Source of the DNA: an uncultured Acidimicrobiaceae bacterium
GTDB taxonomy: Bacteria > Actinomycetota > Acidimicrobiia > Acidimicrobiales > Bog-793
NCBI GenBank assembly: GCA_963849105.1
Contig: CAWKGD010000003.1
Span: 513,428 to 577,427 of the forward strand
DNA: 64,000 bases
Direction: 5' to 3'
The first letter of the stretch is position 1; the number at the start of each line of letters is the position of its first letter. Below the pieces are notes generated by a model, which was not told the origin of the DNA, did not search any database, and was given only the letters and a program-made list of their open reading frames with translations. The position numbers and the translations under genes are program-made. Positions 42,275-50,462 of the stretch are shown piece after piece.

Positions 42275-42358
42275 GTCGGAGTGGCGGAATAGGCAGACGC
42301 GCCAGCTTGAGGGGCTGGTGCCCGCAAGGGCGTGGGGGTTCAAGTCCCCCCTCCGACA
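42275..42358 (+). tRNA. tRNA-Leu (anticodon GAG), class II with long variable arm
   Basis: Hand-folded cloverleaf. Acceptor GTCGGAG/CTCCGAC, anticodon stem CCAGC/GCTGG with loop TTGAGGG, variable arm GCCC-GCAA-GGGC, T arm GGGGG-TTCAAGT-CCCCC, discriminator A. No CCA is encoded. Confidence 0.9.
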
Positions 42359-43773
42359 CACGCATTCTCCGACTGGGTGCCCAATCCCACCTCAGACAGA
42401 GTCACGTTGAGCTTCGGTGCGCCGAAGATGCCGACCTCTAGATGGTCCGGAAACACGATGACGCGCTCCACCAACTCATCGACCAGCGCCCGTCGCTCCT
42501 GCTCGGTTGCCTCGGCCCAAATCTGATTCAGGTCGAGGTCCCGAAGAATCGCGGCGACTTGCTCAAAGCGCAGAGCTAACTCGTTCGCTTCTACCTGTTT
42601 CTCCTGTTCGTGCCCGATAGCGATCCGTACCGCTTCGATCTGGGATGCGATCGCGCGCTCTTCATCCCCGAACAGGTCCGCACCGATCTTCCCCGCGTAG
42701 TACAGCTCGAGCAGCTTGCGCCGGCGCCGATCGAGCTCCGCCAGGGTGTCCGCCGGACGCCGGCCGGCCGGTCGCCGCCCCTCTCGGGGCTGTCCGCCCG
42801 CCCGTCCCAGCTGCCGGCGGATCGCCTCTTGCAGCCCCTCGTCCTGCGCCAGGAGCTGCATCCCGAGCAGTGCTGCTCGGTGCAGTCCTCGGTTCGTCCT
42901 CCTCGGCTGGCCACAGCCCTTCCCCCGGTGACGGCACCGGTACATCGACCGCCCCTCGCCGGTCGTTTCGATCGCCATCCGCTTACCGCACAGCCCACAG
43001 AACACCCGGCCTGACAGCAGGTCCGTCCCACGCCTGCGTCCCGGCACACGCCCACGTTGAGCCGCAGCGAACTCCGCAGCGCTGACGATGGCCTCATGTC
43101 GCCCAGGGAACCACTCGCCGTTCAGTTGCACCTCACCGAGGTAGATCCGCGATCGAAGAATGACGCCAGCTGTTGAGTACTTGATCCCAGTGCGCTCCTC
43201 AATCTGCCGATGGCTCGCTCCCTCCGCCCGCAGCCTGAACACTTCTCGGACTCGCCCAGCATCGCCGTTCGGTACCAGCTCACCCTCAACGAGGTCGTAA
43301 CCGGTCTTCGGCCGGTTCACCCATTTGCCCTCCCGCACTGCCTGATGCAAGCCCATCTTCACGTTCTCCGCGAGCTGTTCCCGGTAGAACTGCGCGAACG
43401 CGCCGATGATGTTGAAGTACATGCGTCCCGTCGCAGAGGACAGGTCGAAGTTCTCGTTCACCGAATGAAGCGCGACGCCAAGCGTCATGCACTTTTCGGA
43501 GAGCAGTATCAAATCGCCGAGGTTGCGCGAGAGCCGGTCGAGCCTCCAGATCAGCAGCGTGCTGACATGCCCGGCCTCCACCATGGCAAGCACCTGTTGC
43601 AAGCCCGGTCTGTCCAGATCCTTTCCAGACTTGCCAGGGTCCGAAACGAGGACGACGTCACCGAGATCATGTAGCAGCGCGTACGCACGGAGCTTGTCCG
43701 CTTGGCCCTCGATCGAGAACCCTTCGGCCGCCTGCTCCTCGGTCGACACCCGGCAGTAAGCGACGTTCAACAT
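42340..43773 (-). CDS. Large serine recombinase (integrase); the last codons and stop lie inside tRNA-Leu
   Basis: Resolvase catalytic N-terminus VAYCRVSTEEQ, then a recombinase domain, a zinc-ribbon region (CGLCGKRM...YRCRHRGKGC) and a coiled coil. SD GGAAGGG lies upstream of ATG 43773. Confidence 0.9.
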   Translation of the reverse strand: MLNVAYCRVSTEEQAAEGFSIEGQADKLRAYALLHDLGDVVLVSDPGKSGKDLDRPGLQQVLAMVEAGHVSTLLIWRLDRLSRNLGDLILLSEKCMTLGVALHSVNENFDLSSATGRMYFNIIGAFAQFYREQLAENVKMGLHQAVREGKWVNRPKTGYDLVEGELVPNGDAGRVREVFRLRAEGASHRQIEERTGIKYSTAGVILRSRIYLGEVQLNGEWFPGRHEAIVSAAEFAAAQRGRVPGRRRGTDLLSGRVFCGLCGKRMAIETTGEGRSMYRCRHRGKGCGQPRRTNRGLHRAALLGMQLLAQDEGLQEAIRRQLGRAGGQPREGRRPAGRRPADTLAELDRRRRKLLELYYAGKIGADLFGDEERAIASQIEAVRIAIGHEQEKQVEANELALRFEQVAAILRDLDLNQIWAEATEQERRALVDELVERVIVFPDHLEVGIFGAPKLNVTLSEVGLGTQSENACVGGGT

Positions 43774-43863
43774 TGGGTTTCCCTTCCAGCTCCTTTACCT
43801 TCGTAGCGATCCGAAGTGCGATCCGAACGAGAATCTCGGCCACCGGAGAGCGGTCGAAGCCTG

Positions 43864-44946
43864 TCATGCGCGTCCGGCTTCTGCTCGTTTCTTTCTCACT
43901 CTCGCCTGAAACGTCACACCTGAGCGGACTTCGTACCGGCGCACCTCTCGCGCAAGACGGATAACGGTGTCAGGAAGCGTGTCCGTTCCGACGACCGCGC
44001 CAAAACTCGTGAGTTCACCGACGAGCCGCGGCATCTGCCTCCGAAGGTCACCAACTCGCTTGCCCTCGGTCGTTCGCTCAAGCCCGATCTCGTTTTGGCG
44101 AATCGATGCGCGCTGGACGACCCGCCACTCACTGGCGATCGGCCAACGCGACTTCGTGCTGTCAGCGATCGGCAGCCGATACGTAAGCCACTCATCGGTC
44201 AGGTTCGCCCATATGGCGCCTGGCACAGCGAGAACTTCGTCCGGCCCCTCCACCCCGTACTCGCGAAGCGCAGCTCGCCCGATCTCGAATTCGACACGAA
44301 GCACTGGCCGCGCTGGATCGAACGACGCTCCCCAGATTTCTGGCCAATAATCGCTCCCTTTCTTATTGACTTCGATCGTCTTGTCGTAGACGCGCGCTGA
44401 GATCGTTCCAGTCGCCCGTTTGCCGAAGACAAACCCTGTGAAGTCTTCGCCCTCCTCATAGGTATCTCGCTCACGTCCACGACAAACGAAGCGATGCCGA
44501 TCGTCTCCTGATAACTCCCAACCCTGGAAGTCCGCGTGAAGGTCCAGTCGGCTCACCGATAGGAGAAGTGGGCCGACCGCATTTTCGAGGAGGTCCGCGA
44601 AGAAGAGCACCGTCGCCACCGGACCCTCGCCGTGGATCAGCTCGGCGCGAGGCTGCACTCGGATCGCGGGGAGATTGCGGCTCGGCGTGATGCCGACCAC
44701 GCCATTCGGGTGATCGAGCCGAAAGCGATATCGCCCGAGCCCGTACGGACGGAGCATGAACCCACACCCGCCAAGATCGAACGGAACCGAACACTCTCCA
44801 CTCTCGGCGAGTTCGCGAGACCTGCCCAAGCGTTCGAGCAATTCGGTAGGGAGGCTTGCCCGGCCAGACAGATAGACCGCATCGACGCCCGACGCCAGCT
44901 CGACCAGCCGACCGCTTGTCCCGCTCCCCTCAACCTCGACTTGCAT
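43864..44946 (-). CDS. Replication initiation protein (Rep_trans / rolling-circle-type, as in actinomycete integrative elements)
   Basis: Motifs SRLDLHADFQG, ARVYDKTIEVNKKG and LRVEFEIGR resemble the RxDxAxD / YDK / RxE pattern of replication initiation factor proteins. Recognised from memory, not searched. Confidence 0.6.
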   Translation of the reverse strand: MQVEVEGSGTSGRLVELASGVDAVYLSGRASLPTELLERLGRSRELAESGECSVPFDLGGCGFMLRPYGLGRYRFRLDHPNGVVGITPSRNLPAIRVQPRAELIHGEGPVATVLFFADLLENAVGPLLLSVSRLDLHADFQGWELSGDDRHRFVCRGRERDTYEEGEDFTGFVFGKRATGTISARVYDKTIEVNKKGSDYWPEIWGASFDPARPVLRVEFEIGRAALREYGVEGPDEVLAVPGAIWANLTDEWLTYRLPIADSTKSRWPIASEWRVVQRASIRQNEIGLERTTEGKRVGDLRRQMPRLVGELTSFGAVVGTDTLPDTVIRLAREVRRYEVRSGVTFQARVRKKRAEAGRA

Positions 44947-44984
44947 AGTTGCGAGTATAAATTACACCTGTGTCACTCGCAACT
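44947..44984. repeat. Perfect 10-bp inverted repeat AGTTGCGAGT / ACTCGCAACT with an 18-nt A+T-rich spacer, abutting the rep start codon
   Basis: Read directly from the sequence: 44947-44956 and 44975-44984 are reverse complements. The spacer is ATAAATTACACCTGTGTC. Confidence 0.8.
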
Positions 44985-44990
44985 CCGCGA

Positions 44991-45368
44991 CTATGGCCTC
45001 CGGCCGACCTTCCTGCCAGGCGCCAACCAGTACTCCTTCGGGTCGACTTGGATCCCTGGCATCTCGAACTCGTCGGGGTGTTGGCCGGTCATTCTCCGAA
45101 AGCGCGCCACCTTCCGCCAGATCGTCGACTTGTGCATCCCGAATCGTTCAAGCCCTTCGAACCCGCCGTAGAGATGCCACATGACCCAAAAGCCAATGAG
45201 GTCTTCAACGATCTGGCAGGAGAGCGGTTCGACCTTGGGCTCGACAAAAGGAGCGACGTGAGGATAGATCCGCTTGCGAACAACCCCGACGTAGGCCTCC
45301 CACGCTTGACGGGCAAGCCCCCTTCCCTCGGGTGTTTCCATCGGATCCGAACGAAAGTCTGGAGTCAT
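44991..45368 (-). CDS. Small HTH-domain protein (start taken at ATG 45368)
   Basis: Contains GMHKSTIWRKVARFRR, a resolvase/Fis-type helix-turn-helix. An inverted repeat abuts the chosen ATG, as it does for rep. Confidence 0.5.
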   Translation of the reverse strand: MTPDFRSDPMETPEGRGLARQAWEAYVGVVRKRIYPHVAPFVEPKVEPLSCQIVEDLIGFWVMWHLYGGFEGLERFGMHKSTIWRKVARFRRMTGQHPDEFEMPGIQVDPKEYWLAPGRKVGRRP

Positions 45369-45386
45369 ACTCGCACAATAGCGAGT
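45369..45386. repeat. Inverted repeat ACTCGC-ACAATA-GCGAGT abutting the HTH gene start codon
   Basis: It shares the GCGAGT half-site with the 44947-44984 repeat. It begins one base upstream of ATG 45368. Confidence 0.7.
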
Positions 45387-45608
45387 GTGTCGACCGTTCC
45401 AGCTGACCCGATGGGGGAGTGCAACCAGGAACCGGCTGCGCCGGTTTCGCTTCCATTGTCCCGACGACAATCACCGGGCCAGTCAAGGCTTCCCCTACGG
45501 GCAACCTCCGGTCGGCCTTGACAGCCCTGACGGTCTGCATCGAAACAGACGGCTGTCGAAAGGCGTCTCTACGCTCGGGGCACCGGCCCCAGGGCGTAGG
45601 AGGGTTTC

Positions 45609-46373
45609 ATGGATTCGCACCTCGGAACGTGGCAGCGCGACTGGCGCCGATTCGGAGCAGGCGTGATGGGTGGCGCGCTAGTACTCGGGGTTGGTTGGTT
45701 CAATGTCTCGCGTACCTTCATTTCAGCGGGTCCAAATGGGACGCTTGTCCATCCGTCGCCTCTCACGCTGGTGTTCTGGTTACTCCTCGCGGGTGCAGCG
45801 CTCGGCCTCTGGATTTACCTATCGACATACATCGATCTCCCTTGGTTCGGCAAACTCGCCGCAAAGGAACTGGACCGCGTCCAACGCGATGAGTCGATCG
45901 AGTACGCATTGACCTGCACGGGATTCCACGATTTCGATGTGCAGGTTTGGGGTAAAAAGGGTTTCCGGCTGATCAATCTTCAAGCCGAAATCTACAATGG
46001 CAGTGGCGAGGTAATTGAATACGAGTTTCTCGATGATTCCGTCACGTTTGAGAGTTACCAAAACGAGGCTGCCGTTATAGGACTGAAGAAGTCACGTATT
46101 CTGCCGAACCGCAGCTTCTCGTACATGCTACCCGTCGTGCACGTGCCGCTTGACCGGGAGCAATTCGCGGGTGGAGATGAGTATTCGGGCGAGATCGAAT
46201 TTCGGATCAAATACAGGCACATAAAGGGAAGCAGAACTCGCCTCTCGCACTACAAGGTCACCTACAGCATAACTGTGAGAGACGACGGAGCCATAAATCT
46301 TTACTGGTACTTCCTCATCGACGACGACGATTGGGATGATGCCGTGGCGGTTGCGGCGGGAGTAGCTGCCTAG
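45609..46373 (+). CDS. Hypothetical membrane protein (two N-terminal TM segments plus a beta-rich C-terminal domain and an acidic tail)
   Basis: Strong SD AGGAGGG lies before ATG 45609. Visibly the lowest-G+C coding stretch in the window. I recognise no family. Confidence 0.6.
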   Translation: MDSHLGTWQRDWRRFGAGVMGGALVLGVGWFNVSRTFISAGPNGTLVHPSPLTLVFWLLLAGAALGLWIYLSTYIDLPWFGKLAAKELDRVQRDESIEYALTCTGFHDFDVQVWGKKGFRLINLQAEIYNGSGEVIEYEFLDDSVTFESYQNEAAVIGLKKSRILPNRSFSYMLPVVHVPLDREQFAGGDEYSGEIEFRIKYRHIKGSRTRLSHYKVTYSITVRDDGAINLYWYFLIDDDDWDDAVAVAAGVAA

Positions 46374-46496
46374 TGGTAACCCGACCGCCGATCGTGCTTC
46401 GGTGCGGCAGGGATTACTTCTTTCGAGTCTGACAAACGATGAGGGTGATGCAGTTTGCGGGTGCTGTGTTACAGGGAGCGCACCCGCGGAGCAGAT

Positions 46497-47711
46497 TCAG
46501 GCGTCACCGGTTGTCGGCGCGATCGATCGGTGATGGATAACCGACACGTCCTCCGCTCCGAGAGCTTCCTCCTCCTCGACGTCGATCGCCACGATTGGTT
46601 GAAGAAACTTTTGGGCGATCACGGTGGGAACGAACGCTGAGAGAATCACAACAGTGATCAATTCCGTGTACTGACTCTCGCTGATCAAGTGGTGGGTCAG
46701 GCCGAAAAGCGCAGAGATGGACCCGAACGTGAGGCCCGTCGCCATTAGCAGAGTCGTATACGCCCGTTCACGTCGAGGGAGCTTGGCTGCGGTAGTGGCG
46801 GGCCAGACGCCGAGGAACTTGGCACTGATCTTCACAAGCAAGAGGACCGCTATTACCCCCGCTCCGGTGACGAGGGCCTTGGCGTTGATGAGGAGACCCG
46901 CGTGCAAGAAGAAGAACGGGGTGAGCAGCGCGAACGCGATGGCCCGCATCCGATCCATGAGGACGCGGTCGTGAAGGAACACCCCGGCGATGACCAGTCC
47001 GACCACGTAAGCCGGAAGCACCGCTTCGCTTCCGGCCCGATCGGCCAGGCCGCCAAGGCCCAAGAGAACGACAAGAAGGAACTTGATGTCCGGTTCGCTC
47101 ACCCGGTGCCCGATCTTCGCGACGACCCAACGGGTGAGGCTTGGGAGCACGACGACTGCCGCCAGGCTGACCACGACGAACACGACAAGCAACCAGCCGT
47201 AGTTCGCAAAAAGCCCCCCAAGAGCGAGCACCGTCCCCAGATCGGTGACGAAGCAGGCCGCCAGGATGAGCTTTCCGATGTCGTGACGATTCAATCCGGT
47301 TTCAACCATCACCGCGTAGACGACGGCCACCGACGTGGTGCTAAGTGCGACGCCACCGATCTCCGCCGCGTGAAACCGCCAATCGAGCCCCCAGCGACAG
47401 AACGAGAACGCGCCGAGGAGCGGCAAGAGGAACGACACGAACCCAATCGCCACGCTCGCCCTCCAGTTCTTGCGGAGCGACACCGGGTCGATCTCGGCTC
47501 CGGCGAGGAAGGTGAGGATCACCGATCCGAGACTCGCCAAGAAGGTCGTGTACGCGGTCTGGGCGACATGTTCTTTGATGCCCGGGATGTTCCCTGCCAG
47601 CGCCCCGAGGACGATCTCGACGAGCGCGACCGGTATGGCGATGCGAATGCTGATGAGGGAGGCAAGTAAAGCCAGCCCGAGCCAAATCGCCGCCACGAAG
47701 TAGAGGTTCAT
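46497..47711 (-). CDS. Cation:proton antiporter (CPA2/Kef-type Na+/H+ exchanger family)
   Basis: About 12 TM segments; the N-terminus LALLASLISIRIAIPVALVEIVLGALAGN is typical. ATG 47711 is preceded by AGGAGGAG; the alternative start is 47726. Confidence 0.85.
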   Translation of the reverse strand: MNLYFVAAIWLGLALLASLISIRIAIPVALVEIVLGALAGNIPGIKEHVAQTAYTTFLASLGSVILTFLAGAEIDPVSLRKNWRASVAIGFVSFLLPLLGAFSFCRWGLDWRFHAAEIGGVALSTTSVAVVYAVMVETGLNRHDIGKLILAACFVTDLGTVLALGGLFANYGWLLVVFVVVSLAAVVVLPSLTRWVVAKIGHRVSEPDIKFLLVVLLGLGGLADRAGSEAVLPAYVVGLVIAGVFLHDRVLMDRMRAIAFALLTPFFFLHAGLLINAKALVTGAGVIAVLLLVKISAKFLGVWPATTAAKLPRRERAYTTLLMATGLTFGSISALFGLTHHLISESQYTELITVVILSAFVPTVIAQKFLQPIVAIDVEEEEALGAEDVSVIHHRSIAPTTGDA

Positions 47712-47958
47712 CGCTCCTCCTGCCATATGTGGTCTGGTAGGAGACCGACAACCGGCCCCACCAGAACGTGTTGGTCCTGGCAGAAGCCATCAGCCGTCGG
47801 GCGGTTCGGGTCGCGTGACCCACCGGAGCTTCATCCGGTATGCACGAACGCTAACCGGTGATCACCTCGCGTGTCCCATACTCCAATCGATCGCGGGTGC
47901 CCTTGGTGAAGTCGGCGAAAGAAGCATTCGCGCGCCGGGTCCACCCCACGGTTCGAGT

Positions 47959-47996
47959 CGCCAGTCGGAGATTGTGGAAGTCGGCCCTCCGACACC
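47959..47996 (+). repeat. att-like repeat copy 2 (recombinase tail remnant plus core)
   Basis: 33/38 identity, aligned by hand, to 50491-50528. It ends in CCCTCCGACACC. The minus strand translates to GVGGPTSTISDWRLEPWGG. Confidence 0.75.
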
Positions 47997-48196
47997 GCTA
48001 TCTCATGAACTCACAAACCCCCTCCGGAACCGTGGTTGAGCTGCACTGATGGGATGATCAGGTAGTCTCGGCCGGCTCCCGCGACGGTCGAGCGAAGCTC
48101 CGATGAGGGACTTCGGACTCTCATCCCGCCACCTCATCGCGCCGTTAGTACCCGGTGATCGAAGTCTTCCAAGCGGTTCCGTAGGGGGCTGCGCCG

Positions 48197-50413
48197 ATGT
48201 CGCGCGACCTATCTCCGGTGACCGTGCCGCCTCACAGTCCTCAGGACGATTTTCGGTATTGGCGGTCATACCTGCGCCTGACTCTCACCGTGCTCGCCGG
48301 TGAGAGCGTTGTCGTGCTCGTCTACTTCATTTTGCAGTCCGTCGAACCGCACCGGATTCTGCGCGTCGTTCTCGCGTCCATCACGGCTCTCTTGGCGACC
48401 GGTGCGGCCTTTGTCGCCGGGTTCATTGCACGACAGACGTGGAGACCCCTATTCTCCCTCGGCGCCACCCTTTCTTCCGGGGCCGTTTTAACTGCATGCA
48501 TCGTGCTCGGACGGGGACTTGAAAGCTCGCTGACTTATCTTTTGGTTCTTCCGATCGCGAGCGCGGCCCTCGCCCTTTCGGTTCGCGCCGTGCGCATCTG
48601 CGCGCTCGTCGGCCTCACCGAACTTGTCCTGATCGCCCTCTCCGATCCTCGGAGCGAACAGTCGATAGCCAATCTGACGATGCTTGTGGCATCCGTTGTC
48701 GGGATGGTCGTTTTGGCGAGTGGATGGGTATCCACTCGAACGCGTCTTCAAGTGGAGGAAGCAAGTCTTTTCGCGGATGTTTATCGACTGTCGGAGACCG
48801 ACTCGCTGACCGGCCTTCTCAACCACGGAGCGTTCTTTCGGCGTTTCGGCGACGAGATCGATCGCTCATTAAGAAACAGCGAACCCCTGAGTCTCTTGGT
48901 TTTGGACGTCGATTTGTTCAAGGCTTTCAACGACCAGCATGGACACCTCGGCGGTGACGACGCGCTGGAATTGATCGGATCGGTCATGAAGCACACAAGC
49001 CGGAGCTTTGACGTGGCCGGACGAGTTGGAGGGGACGAGTTCGCCGTCATCCTTCCGGCGACAACCTTGGACGAAGCAGGCCGGGTCGCAAAGCGGATGT
49101 CCGAAGCGTTGGAACGACCTGATGGTATCGATGTCACTGTGAGCATTGGTTATGCAGAGCTGGATTGGCAACAACCAACCCTGGAACGTCTCTTTCGTGA
49201 CGCCGACGCGGCGTTGTATTTCGCGAAGGCCTCTGGACGCGATTGCATTTCCACCCCTCAGACCTCGACGCGTTCTGTTGGGACGAGACGGAACGCGAAA
49301 CCTGTCGATGGCATCTGGGACGCCGACCGTGAGCTCCTCGAGGAGAGATTGCGCGAGGCAAGTCGAGAGACGGCCCAGACTCTCGCTGTGATTGATGCCC
49401 TACAGAAGACCTCGGCGGTCGGCTTTGGAGTCGTCGATCGCGATTACAGGTACATTCGGCTCAACCAAATGCTGGCGGGGGTGCACGGGGGGACGATCGA
49501 AGACCAGATTGGCCGGACCGTGGCCGAGACGGTTCCTGGCCTCTGGCCCGCCTTAGAGCCGATGTATCGGGCACTCCTCGACACTGGTGAGGCGGTTCTC
49601 AATCAAGAGGTGTCAGGAGAGGTCGCCTCGGAGCCCGGTGCCCGCCGTTACTACCTGTCGAACTTCTACCCGATACGCGAACATGGAGAGGTCATCGCCA
49701 TTGGCATCGTCGCGATCGACATCACGGCTCAGAAACGATTGGAACAGAACGAAATCGCTCTCAGGGATTCGGTCGTTTCCGCACTTGTTGCCGCGAGTGA
49801 ATTGCGCGATCCCTACACGACGGGGCACCAGGACCGAGTCTCAGAGATTGCGGTCGCGATCGCCACAGCCCTCGGACTTGAAGCCGCTGAGATCGACACC
49901 ATCGGTCTCGCAGCAAAGCTCCACGATATTGGAAAGCTCGCGATCCCTGCGGAACTTCTCACCCGACCGGGTCGATTGAACGACGCAGAGATGGAACTGG
50001 TCCGTGGACACACGAAGGCCGGCTACGAGGTACTTGGGCAAGTTGGCATTCCTGAACCGCTGCGTGTCATGGTCCTGCAGCACCACGAACGACTTGATGG
50101 ATCTGGCTATCCGTTCGGCCTCTGCGGCAACGAGATATCCCTTGGTGCCCGAATCATCGCTGTGGCTGACGTATTCGACGCGATGGCCTCAAATAGAACG
50201 TACCGCAGCGCCTTAAGTCTCGAGGTGATTGAAAAGGAGCTTTCGGCGGGCTCAGGAAGGCTTTTTGATCCGGAGGTCGTGCAAGCCTGCATCGGGCTCA
50301 TGCGTGCTGGTCGCCTATCGAAGGATCGCGATATAGAGATCTCGCTTGAGGCAGTGCCCGAGGTCTTCCCGCATGAGCTCATCGGAATGGACGACGACCG
50401 GTTCGTATCATGA
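48197..50413 (+). CDS. Membrane-anchored GGDEF-PAS-HD-GYP protein (c-di-GMP synthesis and hydrolysis domains)
   Basis: N-terminal TM segments. Diguanylate cyclase motifs DSLTGLLNH...LDVDLFKAFNDQHGHLGGDDAL...GRVGGDEFAVILP, a PAS-like middle, and HD-GYP motifs LHDIGKLAIP...HHERLDGSGYP. Confidence 0.85.
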   Translation: MSRDLSPVTVPPHSPQDDFRYWRSYLRLTLTVLAGESVVVLVYFILQSVEPHRILRVVLASITALLATGAAFVAGFIARQTWRPLFSLGATLSSGAVLTACIVLGRGLESSLTYLLVLPIASAALALSVRAVRICALVGLTELVLIALSDPRSEQSIANLTMLVASVVGMVVLASGWVSTRTRLQVEEASLFADVYRLSETDSLTGLLNHGAFFRRFGDEIDRSLRNSEPLSLLVLDVDLFKAFNDQHGHLGGDDALELIGSVMKHTSRSFDVAGRVGGDEFAVILPATTLDEAGRVAKRMSEALERPDGIDVTVSIGYAELDWQQPTLERLFRDADAALYFAKASGRDCISTPQTSTRSVGTRRNAKPVDGIWDADRELLEERLREASRETAQTLAVIDALQKTSAVGFGVVDRDYRYIRLNQMLAGVHGGTIEDQIGRTVAETVPGLWPALEPMYRALLDTGEAVLNQEVSGEVASEPGARRYYLSNFYPIREHGEVIAIGIVAIDITAQKRLEQNEIALRDSVVSALVAASELRDPYTTGHQDRVSEIAVAIATALGLEAAEIDTIGLAAKLHDIGKLAIPAELLTRPGRLNDAEMELVRGHTKAGYEVLGQVGIPEPLRVMVLQHHERLDGSGYPFGLCGNEISLGARIIAVADVFDAMASNRTYRSALSLEVIEKELSAGSGRLFDPEVVQACIGLMRAGRLSKDRDIEISLEAVPEVFPHELIGMDDDRFVS

Positions 50414-50462
50414 ACCTGGCTCGTGCGGCGCTCTCGCCCAGCTGTTGACGAGCACTGTCGAG

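Larger units (their letters stand above)
42349..47995. mobile_element. Integrated ~5.6-kb element in the 3' end of tRNA-Leu (LSR, Rep, HTH, membrane protein, antiporter), bounded by att-like cores
   Basis: The 11-nt core CCCTCCGACAC occurs at 42349-42359 (inside the tRNA) and again at 47985-47995. The recombinase tail-coding homologue lies next to the distal core. G+C is visibly lower than the flanks. Confidence 0.6.

Noticed and set aside
47815-48049. Small plus-strand ORFs (74 and 63 aa) between the antiporter and the GGDEF gene
   Set aside because: They overlap the att-like repeat and the recombinase-tail remnant, and they have no SD or recognisable motif. The region is better explained as a decayed junction.
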